Shown here piece after piece: positions 29,303-42,800 of a stretch of 64,000 bases of DNA. The DNA is from Eledone cirrhosa (Eukaryota). How positions within the stretch are numbered: position 1 is the first letter of the stretch; every line of letters begins with the position of its first letter. The notes under the pieces were generated by a model, which was given only the letters and a program-made list of their open reading frames with translations, was not told the DNA's origin and did not search any database. The stretch spans positions 28,582,001 through 28,646,000 of the forward strand of contig OZ024763.1 of assembly GCA_964016885.1 (NCBI GenBank). Reading direction: 5' to 3'. Position numbers and translations under genes: made by a program.

Positions 29303-29629
29303 CAAAAACGAAACTAAAACAGTATATAAAAAAAGACACGAACAACTGCCCAAATGAAAAAGAGTTTTTGAAGTGTTGCTTGGAATTTTAATGGTAAATG
29401 AAGAATTTGAGAACCTGAAGCATCTTACTTGTTATTTATCGTAATTCATCGATATCTCCCTCTTAATCAGTAATTATCAACGTCATCGGCATCGTCATCG
29501 ATATGGACACCGTATTCGTCCCCTTCACCCTCATCAGCAAGATCTATCGATCTGTCTGCCCGTTTTTGTCCATCTATTCAGCATTTCTATCAAACTACCT
29601 ATCTAGCTACGTGGTCCTGTATCATTCTG

Positions 29630-29709
29630 TATCTATCTATCTATCTATCTATCCGCCATATGTCTTTGTATTGTCCCCTTTTCTTGTGCGCCCCTCTGGT
29701 AAATAAAGA

Positions 29710-29745
<36 letters not shown>

Positions 29746-29882
29746 CATCCATCAATTATCTATTTATGCATCTATCTATCTATCTTCTCGCTCTTTATCT
29801 ATCTATCTATCTATCTCTTTTACTCTTTTACCTGTTTCAGCCATCCGGCTGAGGCCATGCTGGGGCACCGCCCTATCGATAG

Positions 29883-29925
<43 letters not shown>

Positions 29926-29935
29926 CTCTCCCTCT

Positions 29936-29971
<36 letters not shown>

Positions 29972-30195
29972 TTATGCATCTATCTATCTATCCATCAATC
30001 TATCTATTTATGCATCTATCTATCTATCTTCTCGCTCTTTATCTATCTATCTCTATCTTTATCTTTCTATCTATCCTCTCCCTCTTTATCTATCTATCTA
30101 TCTCTATCTTTATCTTTCTATCTATCCTCTCCCTCTTTATCTATCTATCTATCTATCTATCCTCTCTTTCTTTATCTCTCTATCTCTCTATCTAT
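29630..30195. repeat. (TCTA)n-rich tract
   Basis: Direct reading. Confidence 0.85.
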
Positions 30196-30263
30196 CTTCT
30201 ATTTAGAGAGATGGTTATAGAAGGAAAGGAAGAGAGTAAGCGAGAAAGAGGAAAAAGAGAGAG

Positions 30264-30295
<32 letters not shown>

Positions 30296-30640
30296 TAGAG
30301 AGAAAGAAAGAAATATAGATCGTCATCGTCACAACCATCGTCACAGTCATCGTCGATAATCGTCATCGGTTATAATCATCGTCGTTGTCATCGTCATCGT
30401 CATTATAGTAGTTTTCAGGGTTAACATCATATTCTTCGTGGCCACCATAATCATCATCATCATCATCATCGTCGTCATCGTCATGGTAACCATTATCACA
30501 ATCATCATTAGCATCATAACCTCAATCATCACCATCACCATCGTCATCATCACACCGTTTGGTGTCCATGGTTACCATCACCACCATCATCGTCGTCTCC
30601 ATCTTCCTTTGTATCATCAACATCATCGTCATCATAGTTT

Positions 30641-30822
30641 TGATGCAGTATCGGTAGAGGGTCGGACGCCATGCTTTGCAGCATAGAGTTACGTCCCTTT
30701 ACGGACTGAGTTCAAATCCCGCCGAGGTTAACTTTGCCTTTCATCCTTACGGGAGTCGATAAAATAAAGTACCAGTAATGCACTGGGGTTATTGCTGGCC
30801 TTGTGCCAAACGTAGAAACAAT
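30641..30822 (+). mobile_element. SINE family 1
   Basis: B box gagttcaaatcc and conserved core. Confidence 0.85.
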
Positions 30823-30929
30823 TATAGTTTTGATGGTACTCATCACCGCCGCCGCCGCCGTCGTCGTCGTCATCGTCATCGTCATCATCATCATCATCAT
30901 GGTTATGGCCGTCGTTTTCACGGTTAGCA

Positions 30930-31170
30930 TTCTTCTTCTTCTCCTTCATCTTGTTCACCCACTTATCCTCAAAGAGTCGTGGGGGGCAGAGTCCTCAAAC
31001 ACTCCTTCCAGCGGGTCCTGTCAGAAGCAATCGTCTCCAACTGATCTGGCTGGACCCCCAAGCGGGACCAGCCAAGCTCATGGATGTTATCCAACCATCT
31101 TGCCCGGAGTCTATCCATGGGTCACGTGGCGGTAGGTTTTTGCTCGTGAAATCTGTCCAGCGATTGTTCT
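30930..31170 (-). mobile_element. RTE-clade LINE 3' end with (GAA) tail
   Basis: Minus frame RLRARWLDNIHELGWSRLGVQPDQLETIASDRTRWKECLRTLPP, typical of an RTE C-terminus. Confidence 0.75.
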
Positions 31171-31179
31171 AAAGTCTAA

Positions 31180-31470
31180 AGCCTGTCTTAAAGCCATGTA
31201 AGGCTCACTTGGCCGGTACTTATCCCGGTTTCATGGCGTGAAGCGACTGAGAGTACAAGATCCCCAACCCCCCACCCCCCACCCCCACCTGGACAGGATC
31301 ACAGTCCAACGAAGGATTAAACCCCCAGCTGTTGCTGGTATTTATTTTCAGCTGAGTATACTGGAACAACGTGAAATGAAGTGTTTTGCTCAAGAACACA
31401 ACACGCAAGGAATCGAACCCACGACATTATGCTCATAAGTCAAACACCCTTACCACTACGACCACCATAT
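31180..31470 (-). mobile_element. tRNA-derived SINE (family 2 head/core, different tail)
   Basis: Minus-strand ggttcgattcc B box, ttcttgagcaaaacacttcatttcacgttgttccag core. Confidence 0.75.
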
Positions 31471-31649
31471 TCGTTGGGTGGAGATAACTAGGTTGATTGG
31501 GTTCTTTCCCCGTTTTCATTGGTGGTGGTCAGGTAACATTTATATATACATGCATATGGATATATATATAGTGTGTGTGTGTATATATATGTATACATAT
31601 ATATGATGGCTGCCCCCTCGTTATCGAGTATGGTCATTGCACCAAAAAA

Positions 31650-31690
<41 letters not shown>

Positions 31691-31749
31691 TAACAATAAT
31701 AATAATAACAACAACAACAATAATAATAACGTCAACAACAACAATAATA

Positions 31750-31782
<33 letters not shown>

Positions 31783-31829
31783 CACCCACACCCACACACA
31801 TAAACATATCTATACACACACGATAGCAA

Positions 31830-32397
31830 CTAACAGCGCTGCGGTCGAATGTGGTTTTTTAGCACAGCCAATGATCTAAAATTACTTGCACAGAGTCGGC
31901 AACCAAAACATTCACTGGGAATAGCCAGCTGTGGTTGGAGTACGTTTGAGCCCTCCTGCTGATTTACATTCTCTACCACATGGTTGGCAAGCATGACGAG
32001 TAGCATCATGTACGTTTGAGCCCTCCTGCTGATTTACATTCTCTACCACATGCTTGGCAAGCATGATGAGTAGCATCTCCAACAGCAACCTGGTAGTCAA
32101 CCACTGGTCTTACTTTATGACTGCGAAGATGACTTTCGGGTCCAGCTTTGCTTAAGCAGAGTCTAGCACAGACGCTGCATGTCAGCGCCATAGGAGGACC
32201 CTCGCCGTCTGGAAGTGCAACAGCAATGCCCTTCCTCACATCCTTTACTTTCTCGTATGCGATTCGAGATGCCTCAAAGGCAACTTTCCCCTAATATACA
32301 GTCTTTCTCCATTTATTACGATCAGCAGCAACATTTTCCCATGTATCAGCAGAGATGTTAGCGTTTTTCAAGGAATCCTTATACCTCTTTTTTGGTA
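31830..32397 (-). mobile_element. RTE-clade LINE 3' end with C-terminal zinc-finger-like motifs (decayed)
   Basis: [10 protein letters not shown]...[12 protein letters not shown]; [13 protein letters not shown]...HLRSH; CQACGRECKSAGGLKR duplicated with a 70-bp period. Confidence 0.8.
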
Positions 32398-32522
32398 TGT
32401 GTGTATGTGTGTACATATATATATATATACATGTATACATACATATATATATATACATATATACATACATATATATATATACATATATACATACATATAT
32501 ATATATATACATATATATACAC

Positions 32523-32566
<44 letters not shown>

Positions 32567-32568
<2 letters not shown>

Positions 32569-33580
32569 AAGGCGGGTAAAATTCCCGAGATCCATGGACG
32601 AGTTCTCTCCAGCGGTCTCTGTCCCTCATTATCGCTGCCCTATCCTGCATCTCCAACAGACTAGTGTCTGTCCTTAGGGCATCAACATATGTTAACCTTG
32701 GTCTTCCTCTTCTTGTGTGTCCATGTAGGGGCTCCCAAAGGAGCACTGAGTGCAATGTCAACTCTGGATGTCGGTGAGCATGTCCAGCCAACCTCAGTCT
32801 CCTCTGTGTCACTTTTGAGCTGACTTTTGGGATGCTCCCATACAGCTCTGAGTTTTTCATCCTCAGTGTATACTGATTAATGTTCAGAGCCATCCTCAGC
32901 ATTCTCGTGTAGCACCCATCCACCATCTGAGTGAGTCTCTTGGTCAGTGTCCAAGTCTCAGACCCATACAGCTGCACAGACTCCACTACAGCAATGAAGA
33001 GGCTGATTTTCAGGTCTCTACGAAGGTCCGACTTCCACACCGATCTCAAGCTGTGATACGCCGCCCAGGCCTTGCTCTTCCTCTCAACCACATCATCTTC
33101 CGTATTCCCAATCTTTGCTCCCAAATACAGGAAGTCCTCAACCAATTCCAGCGGCTTCCCGCCTACATTAGTGATCCCCTCTGGCTTCTCAACATTCTCT
33201 ACCAGATATTTTGTTTTAGTCTCATTCATTCTCAGCCCCACACTCATCGACACAGTCTCAACCTCCCGCATCAAATCCTCTGCCTCCTTCACTGTATTTG
33301 TCACCAAAACTATGTCGTCGGCAAATTCAGCATCCGATACCTTTTTCGCCCCAACTCTCCTGCTCTGAGCCGGTGCTACAGTAAAGCCAGTGTCCTGGTG
33401 TTTCTCCAGTGCAAGGCGCATACAATAGTCCACTACGATGATAAAAAGGTAGGGAGCCAATGTATCTCCCTGGAGCACTCCAGCCAGTATCTCAAAGAAC
33501 TCTGTCATCCCATCAGGTGTAATGACTTGGGCTTTGGTGTTGGTGTAGAGCAGTGATATCAGGTCCACTATCCTCTTGGA
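32567..33580 (-). mobile_element. 5'-truncated RTE-clade LINE, uninterrupted RT C-terminal frame
   Basis: [32 protein letters not shown] and RRGRP motifs. Confidence 0.92.
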
Positions 33581-33596
33581 TATGTATACATACATA

Positions 33597-33637
<41 letters not shown>

Positions 33638-33711
33638 ACATATACATACATATATATGTATACATATATACATACATATACATACATATATATATATACA
33701 TATATACATAC

Positions 33712-33757
<46 letters not shown>

Positions 33758-34388
33758 ACATATATATATGTATGTATGTATATATATATGTATGTATATA
33801 TATATGTATGTATATATGTATATATATATGTACGTATATATGTATGTATATATATATGTATGTATATATGTATATATATATGTATGTATGTATATATATA
33901 TGTTTGTATATATGTATATATATGTATATGTATATACATATATATATACATATACATATATATACATATATACAAACATATATATATACATACATATATA
34001 TATACATATATACATACATATATATATACATACATATATACGTACATATATATATACATATATACATACATATATATATACATACATATATATATACATA
34101 TATACATACATATATATATACATATATACACACATATATACATACATATATACATACATATATACATACATATATATATATATACACACATATATATATA
34201 ATATATATATATACATACATACATATATATTATACATACATACATACATATATACATATACACATATATACATACATATAACATACATATATATATATAC
34301 ATACATATATACACATATATAGATACACATATACACATATACATATATTTATATACATACATATATATACATATACGTGCATATACAT

Positions 34389-34439
<51 letters not shown>

Positions 34440-34920
34440 CGTTGTATGAGATTATAATTATAGGTTGACTTAGGTGCGTTGGACGTTATATAATGCTTTG
34501 AGTAATGCTCTCTTTCAAATAATTATTCCTTTTTTCTTGTTGTTGCTGCTGTTGTTGTTGTTGTTGTCGTTTTGGGATTTTTTTTTTTTTTTTTTTTTCA
34601 GATAAAAAAGCTGATGCTGTGTCTTATTATAAAATGAATAAAAAAAATCATATGGTAGAGAGAGACGATAGAGGGGAGGCGGATAGAGAGAGAGTTATCG
34701 GATAGAGGGGGGGCGGATAGAGAGAGGAGTGATAGGTTAGCGAGGGGGGCAGATAGAGAGGGGGGATAGAGGAGGAAAGACTAGGTTTTCATGCTGGATA
34801 TTTTAATCCTGGAAGATTCGAAAGAACGAATGCAGAAGTGTTTAATTAGTAGAAGAAATCAAGGAGAAATTCATTTAGAAAGTGAAAAAAAAAAAGCAAC
34901 CAAACAAAATAAATAGCATC

Positions 34921-34951
<31 letters not shown>

Positions 34952-35217
34952 GCAACAGCAACGACAGCAAGAGCATCAGCAATAACTACAATAAATAAAC
35001 AAAGACTAAAGCCAAAGGAAGATCCCAAATTTATACTGCACATGCAAACACACTGCATATACACACTCACACGCATGTACACACACACACACACACACAA
35101 TAAAAATCACATGCACGCCCATACACACAAACAATAAACCATGCACGCACACACAAAACAAATATATATATATACATACATATACATATATATATATACA
35201 TATACATATATATATAT

Positions 35218-35573
35218 GTAGGTGAGTTTTATTGTAGTACAATAAAGTAATGCAGATATCGGATAAGAAGCACTCTACAGTTTGTAGGACTGGAGTATAC
35301 ATAATATATAAGAACAAAAGATGGTTAAAAGAGTTCCATGTATTTTACTTTTTACTCTCATCTCCTCCTCTTTTTCATCCTTTCCACCCCACCCCCCTCA
35401 AAATAAAATATTTTTCCAATATCACACATAAATCTAAAACTACTTTTCATATGTTGATTTAAAACTGCTCTATCCACAAGTGTTTTTAACCTTCATATCA
35501 TGTCTTCCTGTTTATCTGATGAAAACACAAATATTATTGCATGATGATATTTGTTTTTGAAATGCACATAATA
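35218..35573. mobile_element. Family C copy: inverted downstream segment plus sense segment ending at the HHR
   Basis: 35218-35347 is the reverse complement of about 9556-9688; 35443-35573 matches 9425-9557; HHR at 35511-35573. Confidence 0.75.
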
Positions 35574-35619
35574 TATATATATATATATATATATCTTATT
35601 ATCATCATTTTATACCCGC

Positions 35620-35808
35620 AATGGTGGATTGGCAGTATCGGTAGAGGGTCGGACGCCATGCTTTCTAGCATAGTTACGTCCCTTTACAGTCAGAGTTCAA
35701 ATCCCGCCGAGGTTAACTTTGACTTTCATCCTTACGGGCTCGATAAAATAAAGTACCAGTAATGTACTGGGGTAAATGCTGCCCTTGTGCCTAAAGTAGA
35801 AACAATTA
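35620..35808 (+). mobile_element. SINE family 1
   Basis: Same head and core as the 12811 copy. Confidence 0.85.
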
Positions 35809-36117
35809 ATATACCCGCAATGTTTTACCTGCGACTCAATAGCTTAATGCACTATATATATATGTATATATGTATAAAGATATGTATATATTTATTATAT
35901 ATATTTATACGTGATATATATTTATATATATACATGTGTGTTGTCCATGTGCATGTTTACATACATACATATATATGTGTATATATATGTACATATGTAT
36001 ATATATATATATATATATTTATATAGACATATATGTGTATATAATGTACATATGTATATATATATATATATAGACATATAGTGTATATATATGTACATAT
36101 GTATATGTATATATATA

Positions 36118-36691
36118 TACTGGTAACATGTATCCCAGTACAACCTGTGTCATGGTCGGATCGTTGGCGACTAAACTGGCAACCCCACCAGGTTTCTTGG
36201 TGAGGAGGGTGACTTTGGACATCCTGCAAGACTAAAACAAAACCTGTCAAAGGGCAAAGGAGCTCTTAAGAGGCAATGGCCATCCAAAATTACCGGAAGA
36301 GATGACCCCTTAGCCTTTGTCAAGGCAGAATTCTAGGAGAAGGAAAAACTTGATATAACACCTGAAACCCTGATGGTATCCAATGATGTTGACTTGTTCT
36401 TCTTTTTGGTAAATATCATCTTGGTTAAGAGAGTAGGACTGGCTTTGTGCGTGCTTTGCTCACTATAAAAGCTTCACGGCACAGGCATTGCTTTATATCT
36501 GAGATCTCTCGCACTTGTCGTCACATGGTACCATGGCCCAGCACTATTTGTCAATAATTGTCACAGGTGTAGTGTTTGTACAGAGTTTTCAAGTCGCTGG
36601 CTGACTAGAAGTCACACTCGTTCAGCGCATCGGTAGGGGTTCTCCTACATAAAGTAGTGGCCGTAGTCGAAAATGAGTTGGCAGCCACCAT
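36118..36691 (+). mobile_element. Family D element (RTE 5'UTR-like)
   Basis: Reverse complement of 9961-10550. Confidence 0.65.
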
Positions 36692-36692
36692 A

Positions 36693-36892
36693 NNNNNNNN
36701 NNNNNNNNNNNNNNNNNNNNNNNNNNNNNNNNNNNNNNNNNNNNNNNNNNNNNNNNNNNNNNNNNNNNNNNNNNNNNNNNNNNNNNNNNNNNNNNNNNNN
36801 NNNNNNNNNNNNNNNNNNNNNNNNNNNNNNNNNNNNNNNNNNNNNNNNNNNNNNNNNNNNNNNNNNNNNNNNNNNNNNNNNNNNNNNNNNNN
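36693..36892. other. Assembly gap (200 N)
   Basis: Run of N. Confidence 1.
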
Positions 36893-39800
36893 ATAATTCG
36901 AGTGAATGTGGAAATACACATATCGAATTAGAGTGCTCAATAGACATGTTAAAATAAAACAAAAGCTATTCATCACTCAATAGAATCGACAAAATATGAG
37001 CAATAAAATTAACCGGTGGATAGCTATGTCCAGAGCTAAATATATTAGAAAGATCGAGTATCGAAAAATCGGCGCACGAGTTAACGAAAAACGAAATCCG
37101 ATATGAGCGGCAGAGGGCTCAATAATTCAGATGAATCAGAGCTATAACTATCGTTAAAATACCGTCACATATAGAACAAGTCTACAATCAACCATACGAT
37201 TTAAAATCGATAAAGGAAGATTCGGGCCAAACAGATAAAAAATATCAATAAAACAATACGTCAATAATTTAAATGAATGTAAAATCATACCCGGACCCAC
37301 TAGAAAGGTGTTAAATCTAGCTTCATGGGTTTCTGTAAATCCTTAGACAGTACTCTATCAGCTCACATATAAATATAAAAGCCTACTAGAATAAGTGGAA
37401 AGGAGTTTACGTTGTCAACGAGTTTTATCCTGGCGGCAAAGGAGTCAACTAGCGGTGAAAAACGCACATGGCATTAGACAAGGGAGATGACCCCTATATC
37501 CGCGAAAATAATTCGAGTGAATGTGGAAATACACATATCGAATTAGAGTGCTCAATAGACATGTTAAAATAAAACAAAAGCTATTCATCACTCAATAGAA
37601 TCGACAAAATATGAGCAATAAAATTAACCGGTGGATAGCTATGTCCAGAGCTAAATATATTAGAAAGATCGAGTATCGAAAAATCGGCGCACGAGTTAAC
37701 GAAAAACGAAATCCGATATGAGCGGCAGAGGGCTCAATAATTCAGATGAATCAGAGCTATAACTATCGTTAAAATACCGTCACATATAGAACAAGTCTAC
37801 AATCAACCATACGATTTAAAATCGATAAAGGAAGATTCGGGCCAAACAGATAAAAAATATCAATAAAACAATACGTCAATAATTTAAATGAATGTAAAAT
37901 CATACCCGGACCCACTAGAAAGGTGTTAAATCTAGCTTCATGGGTTTCTGTAAATCCTTAGACAGTACTCTATCAGCTCACATATAAATATAAAAGCCTA
38001 CTAGAATAAGTGGAAAGGAGTTTACGTTGTCAACGAGTTTTATCCTGGCGGCAAAGGAGTCAACTAGCGGTGAAAAACGCACATGGCATTAGACAAGGGA
38101 GATGACCCCTATATCCGCGAAAATAATTCGAGTGAATGTGGAAATACACATATCGAATTAGAGTGCTCAATAGACATGTTAAAATAAAACAAAAGCTATT
38201 CATCACTCAATAGAATCGACAAATATGAGCAATAAAATTAACCGGTGGATAGCTATGTCCAGAGCTAAATATATTAGAAAGATCGAGTATCGAAAAATCG
38301 GCGCACGAGTTAACGAAAAACGAAATCCGATATGAGCGGCAGAGGGCTCAATAATTCAGATGAATCAGAGCTATAACTATCGTTAAAATACCGTCACATA
38401 TAGAACAAGTCTACAATCAACCATACGATTTAAAATCGATAAAGGAAGATTCGGGCCAAACAGATAAAAAATATCAATAAAACAATACGTCAATAATTTA
38501 AATGAATGTAAAATCATACCCGGACCCACTAGAAAGGTGTTAAATCTAGCTTCATGGGTTTCTGTAAATCCTAAGACAGTACTCTATCAGCTCACATATA
38601 AATATAAAAGCCTACTAGAATAAGTGGAAAGGAATTTACGTTGTCAACGAGTTTTATCCTGGCGGCAAAGGAGTCAACTAGCGGTGAAAAACGCACATGG
38701 CATTAGACAAGGGAGATGACCCCTATATCCGCGAAAATAATTCGAGTGAATATGGAAATACACATATCGAATTAGAGTGCTCAATAGACATGTTAAAATA
38801 AAACAAAAGCTATTCATCACTCAATAGAATCGACAAAATATGAGCAATAAAATTAACCGGTGGATAGCTATGTCCAGAGCTAAATATATTAGAAAGATCG
38901 AGTATCGAAAAATCGGCGCACGAGTTAACGAAAAACGAAATCCGATATGAGCGGCAGAGGGCTCAATAATTCAGATGAATCAGAGCTATAACTATCGTTA
39001 AAATACCGTCACATATAGAACAAGTCTACAATCAACCATACGATTTAAAATCGATAAAGGAAGATTCGGGCCAAACAGATAAAAAATATCAATAAAACAA
39101 TACGTCAATAATTTAAATGAATGTAAAATCATACCCGGACCCACTAGAAAGGTGTTAAATCTAGCTTCATGGGTTTCTGTAAATCCTTAGACAGTACTCT
39201 ATCAGCTCACATATAAATATAAAAGCCTACTAGAATAAGTGGAAAGGAGTTTACGTTGTCAACGAGTTTTATCCTGGCGGCAAAGGAGTCAACTAGCGGT
39301 GAAAAACGCACATGGCATTAGACAAGGGAGATGACCCCTATATCCGCGAAATAATTCGAGTGAATGTGGAAATACACATATCGAATTAGAGTGCTCAATA
39401 GACATGTTAAAATAAAACAAAAGCTATTCATCACTCAATAGAATCGACAAAATATGAGCAATAAAATTAACCGGTGGATAGCTATGTCCAGAGCTAAATA
39501 TATTAGAAAGATCGAGTATCGAAAAATCGGCGCACGAGTTAACGAAAAACGAAATTCGATATGAGCGGCAGAGGGCTCAATAATTCAGATGAATCAGAGC
39601 TATAACTATCGTTAAAATACCGTCACATATAGAACAAGTCTACAATCAACCATACGATTTAAAATCGATAAAGGAAGATTCGGGCCAAACAGATAAAAAA
39701 TATCAATAAAACAATACGTCAATAATTTAAATGAATGTAAAATCATACCCGGACCCACTAGAAAGGTGTTAAATCTAGCTTCATGGGTTTCTGTAAATCC

Positions 39801-42800
39801 TAAGACAGTACTCTATCAGCTCACATATAAATATAAAAGCCTACTAGAATAAGTGGAAAGGAATTTACGTTGTCAACGAGTTTTATCCTGGCGGCAAAGG
39901 AGTCAACTAGCGGTGAAAAACGCACATGGCATTAGACAAGGGAGATGACCCCTATATCCGCGAAAATAATTCGAGTGAATATGGAAATACACATATCGAA
40001 TTAGAGTGCTCAATAGACATGTTAAAATAAAACAAAAGCTATTCATCACTCAATAGAATCGACAAAATATGAGCAATAAAATTAACCGGTGGATAGCTAT
40101 GTCCAGAGCTAAATATATTAGAAAGATCGAGTATCGAAAAATCGGCGCACGAGTTAACGAAAAACGAAATCCGATATGAGCGGCAGAGGGCTCAATAATT
40201 CAGATGAATCAGAGCTATAACTATCGTTAAAATACCGTCACATATAGAACAAGTCTACAATCAACCATACGATTTAAAATCGATAAAGGAAGATTCGGGC
40301 CAAACAGATAAAAAATATCAATAAAACAATACGTCAATAATTTAAATGAATGTAAAATCATACCCGGACCCACTAGAAAGGTGTTAAATCTAGCTTCATG
40401 GGTTTCTGTAAATCCTAAGACAGTACTCTATCAGCTCACATATAAATATAAAAGCCTACTAGAATAAGTGGAAAGGAATTTACGTTGTCAACGAGTTTTA
40501 TCCTGGCGGCAAAGGAGTCAACTAGCGGTGAAAAACGCACATGGCATTAGACAAGGGAGATGACCCCTATATCCGCGAAAATAATTCGAGTGAATGTGGA
40601 AATACACATATCGAATTAGAGTGCTCAATAGACATGTTAAAATAAAACAAAAGCTATTCATCACTCAATAGAATCGACAAAATATGAGCAATAAAATTAA
40701 CCGGTGGATAGCTATGTCCAGAGCTAAATATATTAGAAAGATCGAGTATCGAAAAATCGGCGCACGAGTTAACGAAAAACGAAATCCGATATGAGCGGCA
40801 GAGGGCTCAATAATTCAGATGAATCAGAGCTATAACTATCGTTAAAATACCGTCACATATAGAACAAGTCTACAATCAACCATACGATTTAAAATCGATA
40901 AAGGAAGATTCGGGCCAAACAGATAAAAAATATCAATAAAACAATACGTCAATAATTTAAATGAATGTAAAATCATACCCGGACCCACTAGAAAGGTGTT
41001 AAATCTAGCTTCATGGGTTTCTGTAAATCCTTAGACAGTACTCTATCAGCTCACATATAAATATAAAAGCCTACTAGAATAAGTGGAACGGAGTTTACGT
41101 TGTCAACGAGTTTTATCCTGGCGGCAAAGGAGTCAACTAGCGGTGAAAAACGCACATGGCATTAGACAAGGGAGATGACCCCTATATCCGCGAAAACAAT
41201 TCGAGTGAATGTGGAAATACACATATCGAATTAGAGTGCTCAATAGACATGTTAAAATAAAACAAAAGCTATTCATCACTCAATAGAATCGACAAAAAAT
41301 GAGCAATAAAATTAACGGGTGGATAGCTATGTCCAGAGCTAAATATATTAGAAAGATCGAGTATCGAAAAATCGGCGCACGAGTTCACGAAAAACGAAAT
41401 TCGATATGAGCGGCAGAGGGCTCAATAATTCAGATGAATCAGAGCTATAACTATCGTTAAAATACCGTCACATATAGAACAAGTCTACAATCAACCATAC
41501 GATTTAAAATCGATAAAGGAAGATTCGGGCCAAACAGATAAAAAATATCAATAAAACAATACGTCAATAATTTAAATGAATGTAAAATCATACCCGGACC
41601 CACTAGAAAGGTGTTAAATCTAGCTTCATGGGTTTCTGTAAATCCTTAGACAGTACTCTATCAGCTCACATATAAATATAAAAGCCTACTAGAATAAGTG
41701 GAACGGAGTTTACGTTGTCAACGAGTTTTATCCTGGCGGCAAAGGAGTCAACTAGCGGTGAAAAACGCACATGGCATTAGACAAGGGAGATGACCCCTAT
41801 ATCCGCGAAAACAATTCGAGTGAATGTGGAAATACACATATCGAATTAGAGTGCTCAATAGACATGTTAAAATAAAACAAAAGCTATTCATCACTCAATA
41901 GAATCGACAAAAAATGAGCAATAAAATTAACGGGTGGATAGCTATGTCCAGAGCTAAATATATTAGAAAGATCGAGTATCGAAAAATCGGCGCACGAGTT
42001 CACGAAAAACGAAATTCGATATGAGCGGCAGAGGGCTCAATAATTCAGATGAATCAGAGCTATAACTATCGTTAAAATACCGTCACATATAGAACAAGTC
42101 TACAATCAACCATACGATTTAAAATCGATAAAGGAAGATTCGGGCCAAACAGATAAAAAATATCAATAAAACAATACGTCAATAATTTAAATGAATGTAA
42201 AATCATACCCGGACCCACTAGAAAGGTGTTAAATCTAGCTTCATGGGTTTCTGTAAATCCTTAGACAGTACTCTATCAGCTCACATATAAATATAAAAGC
42301 CTACTAGAATAAGTGGAACGGAGTTTACGTTGTCAACGAGTTTTATCCTGGCGGCAAAGGAGTCAACTAGCGGTGAAAAACGCACATGGCATTAGACAAG
42401 GGAGATGACCCCTATATCCGCGAAAACAATTCGAGTGAATGTGGAAATACACATATCGAATTAGAGTGCTCAATAGACATGTTAAAATAAAACAAAAGCT
42501 ATTCATCACTCAATAGAATCGACAAAAAATGAGCAATAAAATTAACGGGTGGATAGCTATGTCCAGAGCTAAATATATTAGAAAGATCGAGTATCGAAAA
42601 ATCGGCGCACGAGTTCACGAAAAACGAAATTCGATATGAGCGGCAGAGGGCTCAATAATTCAGATGAATCAGAGCTATAACTATCGTTAAAATACCGTCA
42701 CATATAGAACAAGTCTACAATCAACCATACGATTTAAAATCGATAAAGGAAGATTCGGGCCAAACAGATAAAAAATATCAATAAAACAATACGTCAATAA

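Noticed and set aside
33581-34336. N-terminal part of the 589-aa ORF
   Set aside because: Microsatellite read-through; only 32567-33580 is RTE-derived.
36605-36976. ORFs spanning X residues
   Set aside because: Artefacts of the 200-N gap; adjacency across the gap is also unverified.
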